A stretch of 64,000 bases of DNA from NCBI GenBank assembly GCA_964521575.1, contig CAZFSR010000001.1, positions 368,470 to 432,469 of the forward strand, read 5' to 3'. The DNA is from an uncultured Synergistaceae bacterium (lineage in GTDB: Bacteria; Synergistota; Synergistia; Synergistales; 79-D21). The notes under the pieces are model-generated. The model was not told the origin of the DNA. It was given only the letters and a program-made list of their open reading frames with translations, and ran no database searches. Made by a program: the position numbers and the translations under genes. Within the stretch, counting starts at the first letter, position 1; each line of letters begins with the position of its first letter. Shown piece after piece: positions 61,589 to 64,000 of this stretch.

Positions 61589-62863
61589 TCAGTTTTTCCC
61601 TTCGGCCCGCCTTTTCCTGGCGGTCGTCTCAGGCTGGATGGAAACCCGCTCCCCCTCGAAGAGGGGGATCATTCCTTCCCGGGAAAAGGCCTTCTGCCTT
61701 TCGCAAATCCTGCCGCAGTGCTCGGGGCAGCGACTGGTCTTGTCCTCGGGTTCCGTGTAGGTCGTGAAGGTTCCCTCGTAGTTACGCAGGATGACCTTTC
61801 GGTCCGACATGGAAACGAGGTAGTTGGGCAGGATCGGGATCTTGCCTCCACCTCCCGGGCTGTCGATGATGTAATAAGGGACCGCCAGGCCGGACGTGTG
61901 TCCCCGCAGGTATTCCATGATCTGGATCCCCTTGCCCACGGCGGTCCGGAAGTGCTCGATGCCCGGCGAAAGGTCGCACTGGTAGATGTAGTAGGGGCGC
62001 ACCCGGATCGTCAACAGTTTCTGGTTCAGCTCCCGGAAGATGTACGGGCAGTCGTTCACTCCTTTCAGGAGGACCGACTGGTTTCCCAGGGGAACGCCGG
62101 CCCGCGCCAGCCGGTCGCAGGCGGCTTTCGACTCCGGGGTGATTTCGTTCGGGTGGTTGAAGTGGGTGTTGATCCAGACGGGCGGGTATTTTTCCAGGAT
62201 GCGGCAGAGGCTGTCCGTGATGCGCTGGGGCATGACGACCGGCGTTCGGGTGCCGAAGCGGACGATCTCCAGGTGAGGGATGCTCCAGGCCTCTTCCAGG
62301 AGCCACTCGATCGTTTCGTCATCGACCGTGAAGGGGTCCCCTCCCGTGAAAAGGAGATCCCGGAAGCCAGGGTTGTTTCGGATGTACTCGAAACAGGCCT
62401 CCATCTGGGTCCGGGAGAAGGGGCGGTCGGTTTCCCCGGCCATCCTCCTTCTCGTGCAGTGGCGGCAGTACATGGAACACTGGTCGGTCACCAGGATAAT
62501 GCCCCGGTCCGGGTAAAGCTGGGTCAGCCCGGGAACGGGCGAGTGATGAACCTCAGCCTGCTGGTCAATCAGGTCGTAGGCCTTGATGTCGGTTTCGGCG
62601 ATCGTCGGGACCGCCTGCCTGCGGATCGGGTCGTCAGGGTTTTCCGGGTCGATGAGGGATGCGTAGTAGGGGGTGACCGCCATCCTCAGGCGGTTCAGGC
62701 TCCTGTCGAGGACCTCGGTTTCCGCGGGAGCCAGGGGGAGAACCCTTTCGAGGGCCTCGCGCGTCGTGAGCCGGTTCGCGATCTGCCAGCGCCAGTCATT
62801 CCATTGCTCGTCGGGAACGTCTTTCCATGGGGTTTCCATTCGCGCGTCACGCATGGTGTTCAC
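61589..62863 (-). CDS. kamA: Lysine 2,3-aminomutase family radical SAM enzyme
   Basis: 424 aa. CSMYCRHCTRR (CxxxCxxC), GGDP, YYIYQCDLSPGIEHFR and IIDSPGGGGK. Both Asp positions that I recall as lysine-specific are retained. Confidence 0.85.
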   Translation of the reverse strand: MNTMRDARMETPWKDVPDEQWNDWRWQIANRLTTREALERVLPLAPAETEVLDRSLNRLRMAVTPYYASLIDPENPDDPIRRQAVPTIAETDIKAYDLIDQQAEVHHSPVPGLTQLYPDRGIILVTDQCSMYCRHCTRRRMAGETDRPFSRTQMEACFEYIRNNPGFRDLLFTGGDPFTVDDETIEWLLEEAWSIPHLEIVRFGTRTPVVMPQRITDSLCRILEKYPPVWINTHFNHPNEITPESKAACDRLARAGVPLGNQSVLLKGVNDCPYIFRELNQKLLTIRVRPYYIYQCDLSPGIEHFRTAVGKGIQIMEYLRGHTSGLAVPYYIIDSPGGGGKIPILPNYLVSMSDRKVILRNYEGTFTTYTEPEDKTSRCPEHCGRICERQKAFSREGMIPLFEGERVSIQPETTARKRRAEGKN

Positions 62864-62939
62864 CTCGATGCGGACCTCCGGGCATACGGGAACCTCGCTG
62901 CAGCACCCCGCGGGTCCTTCTTGCCCGGATCGGCCAGGA

Positions 62940-63043
62940 TGAAATTCCCCCCAGGTCAGGCCCGCGCGTGCCGCGCGCGGCCCCGGGAACGCTCCCCCTT
63001 TCCCTTGCCTGCATAAAGAGACGGTTTTATTTTAGTGCATTGC
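62940..63043 (-). promoter_or_regulatory. Conserved promoter-leader module, copy B (upstream of kamA)
   Basis: On the minus strand: TAAAAT (63043-63038), 35 nt, then AGCGTTCCCGGGGCCGC-N9-GCGCGGGCCTGACC-T-GGGGGGAA-N3-CATCCTGGCCG (63002-62940). Confidence 0.6.
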
Positions 63044-63150
63044 GGGGCCTCGTCCGACCACTGTTTCGGCTCTTCCTTCATCCTGCGGAGGGGAGGTATG
63101 ATGGAATCAGCCGCAAGGAAAGGGCAACCTCATTTCACGGGGTAAAAACC

Positions 63151-64000
63151 ATGTCCTCGATGAAGATCCGGCACTGGGCCGAAAACCGTCCCTTCCTTTT
63201 CGCATCCGGGCTCGTGGGAACAGCCACCGTGCTTTTCCTTCCGGGAAGGGACCTGCTCGGGAAGGGGCACTGGGCCCTGCTCTACCTGCTCGTGATCTCG
63301 GTCGTCGCCTCGGTGGCCGGTTCCAGGCCCGCCCTGGTGGCGGCGCTGGTTTCGTTTTTGACCTGGAACGTCTTCTTCCTGCCGCCGTACAACACCTTCC
63401 GGGTGGACGACCCGAAAGACTGGATTTCCCTTGGAGTCTTCCTGGTCGTGGGAGTCCTGATCGGCCTGACCTCGGGTCGCCTGAGGGAAAGGGAAGCCCT
63501 GGCCGTTTCACAGGAAAGGGAAATGGCCCTCCTCAACCGCCTGACAGGACGCCTGCTGGCGATCCAGGGTCCCCTCGAGATGGCGGAAGTGCTCTGCGCC
63601 GAGATCGAGGGGGTCTTCTCACCGCGCTTCATCCGGTTCCACCTAGTCGAAAGCGGTGGGAGGAGAACGCTCCTGTTCGGCATGAAAGCCGAGCTCGAAA
63701 TGGATCCACTGGAAGAGGACTTTCTGGAATGGGTGGCCAGGAACGTCAAGGGAGTGGCTTCCCCGGCAGAGGATCCGTCGGGTGCAAACCGGCCGGGAGG
63801 AAGCGGGAGCCCTGTCCCCCACTCCACGCTTTTCCCAGCCGTTTCAAGAGGGGATGTCTTTCTCCCCGTTCTTTCCTCGTCGGGGCTCGAAGGCATCCTG
63901 CACGTAGGCGAGCGGCGCAACCAGGTGCCTTTCAGCTGGAGTGAAATCCAGCTTTTGTCGGCGGCTGCCCACATGGCGGGACTTTTTCTCGAAAGGAACC
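63151..64000 (+). CDS. Sensor histidine kinase N-terminal part (DUF4118 membrane domain + GAF-like region), truncated by window end
   Basis: My own translation from ATG 63151 stays open to the window end. MSSMKIRHWAENRPFLF...LTWNVFFLPPYNTFRVDDPKDWISLGVFLVVGVLIGLTSGRLRERE is the KdpD-type DUF4118 signature. Absent from the ORF track because no stop is reached. Confidence 0.75.
   Translation, partial: MSSMKIRHWAENRPFLFASGLVGTATVLFLPGRDLLGKGHWALLYLLVISVVASVAGSRPALVAALVSFLTWNVFFLPPYNTFRVDDPKDWISLGVFLVVGVLIGLTSGRLREREALAVSQEREMALLNRLTGRLLAIQGPLEMAEVLCAEIEGVFSPRFIRFHLVESGGRRTLLFGMKAELEMDPLEEDFLEWVARNVKGVASPAEDPSGANRPGGSGSPVPHSTLFPAVSRGDVFLPVLSSSGLEGILHVGERRNQVPFSWSEIQLLSAAAHMAGLFLERN

Noticed and set aside
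59636-63043. Reading the two conserved modules as terminal inverted repeats of a mobile cassette carrying the M20 gene and kamA
   Set aside because: There is no transposase or integrase and no flanking direct repeats that I can see. Each copy is positioned at the same distance from a TAAAAT -10 box and in sense orientation to a start codon. That fits duplicated regulatory leaders better, though it cannot be fully excluded without comparative data.
63107-63974. Minus-strand ORFs of 134 and 230 aa at the window end
   Set aside because: The plus-strand frame from 63151 stays open to the window end and encodes a textbook DUF4118 sensor-kinase N-terminus. The minus-strand ORFs are R/P/S-rich antisense artefacts.
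1-64000. Scan for rRNA, tRNA, CRISPR arrays, IS elements, prophage or integrase genes, and defence-system genes
   Set aside because: I found no cloverleaf-like conserved tRNA boxes, no regularly spaced direct repeats and no transposase, integrase, nuclease or helicase-type ORFs. The only tandem repeat is the 18-nt coding repeat at 16396-16467. This was an eyeball scan only, so small RNAs could be missed.

Overview
This is a GC-rich chromosomal segment (over 60% GC by eye, not computed). Gene content suggests an anaerobic bacterium that ferments amino acids and organic acids, possibly Synergistota-like; that assignment is inference only. I saw no rRNA, tRNA, CRISPR array, transposase or integrase. 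About 55 coding regions are supportable. They include a GGDEF cyclase and a 1081-aa multi-PAS HD-GYP phosphodiesterase, an ilvN-ilvC-leuA-leuC-leuD-leuB-ilvB operon, and an orphan type IV pilin-like gene. Also present are a sodium:solute symporter, proC, an ATP-grasp/esterase pair, paaK, murE and three GntR-family regulators. Further genes are a DUF3798-like binding protein with an M24 peptidase, an orphan trpB, htpG, TRAP dctPQM followed by ilvD, cobO, tctCBA, citDEF, yedF-GNAT, an M20 RocB-like hydrolase convergent with kamA, and a partial DUF4118 sensor kinase. Many long antisense or alternate-frame ORFs in the track are GC-driven artefacts. The most interesting signals are non-coding. (1) Short leader peptides with runs of regulatory codons, each followed by an intrinsic terminator just before a biosynthetic or salvage gene: LVLVLALII before ilv-leu, WWW before trpB, FFF before paaK. 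Less clear leader-terminator units precede proC and the symporter. (2) A roughly 100-nt promoter-plus-leader module is duplicated in sense orientation upstream of both kamA and the M20 gene. (3) A tight five-gene operon encodes a single-subunit 2-hydroxyacyl-CoA-dehydratase/double-cubane-like protein, an ECF S-component, a Cys-rich TudS-like protein, DUF3343 and an HgdC-type activase. It sits behind a roughly 290-nt structured leader carrying a B12-box-like GCCACTG. All homology calls come from motif recognition by eye, and no searches were run.
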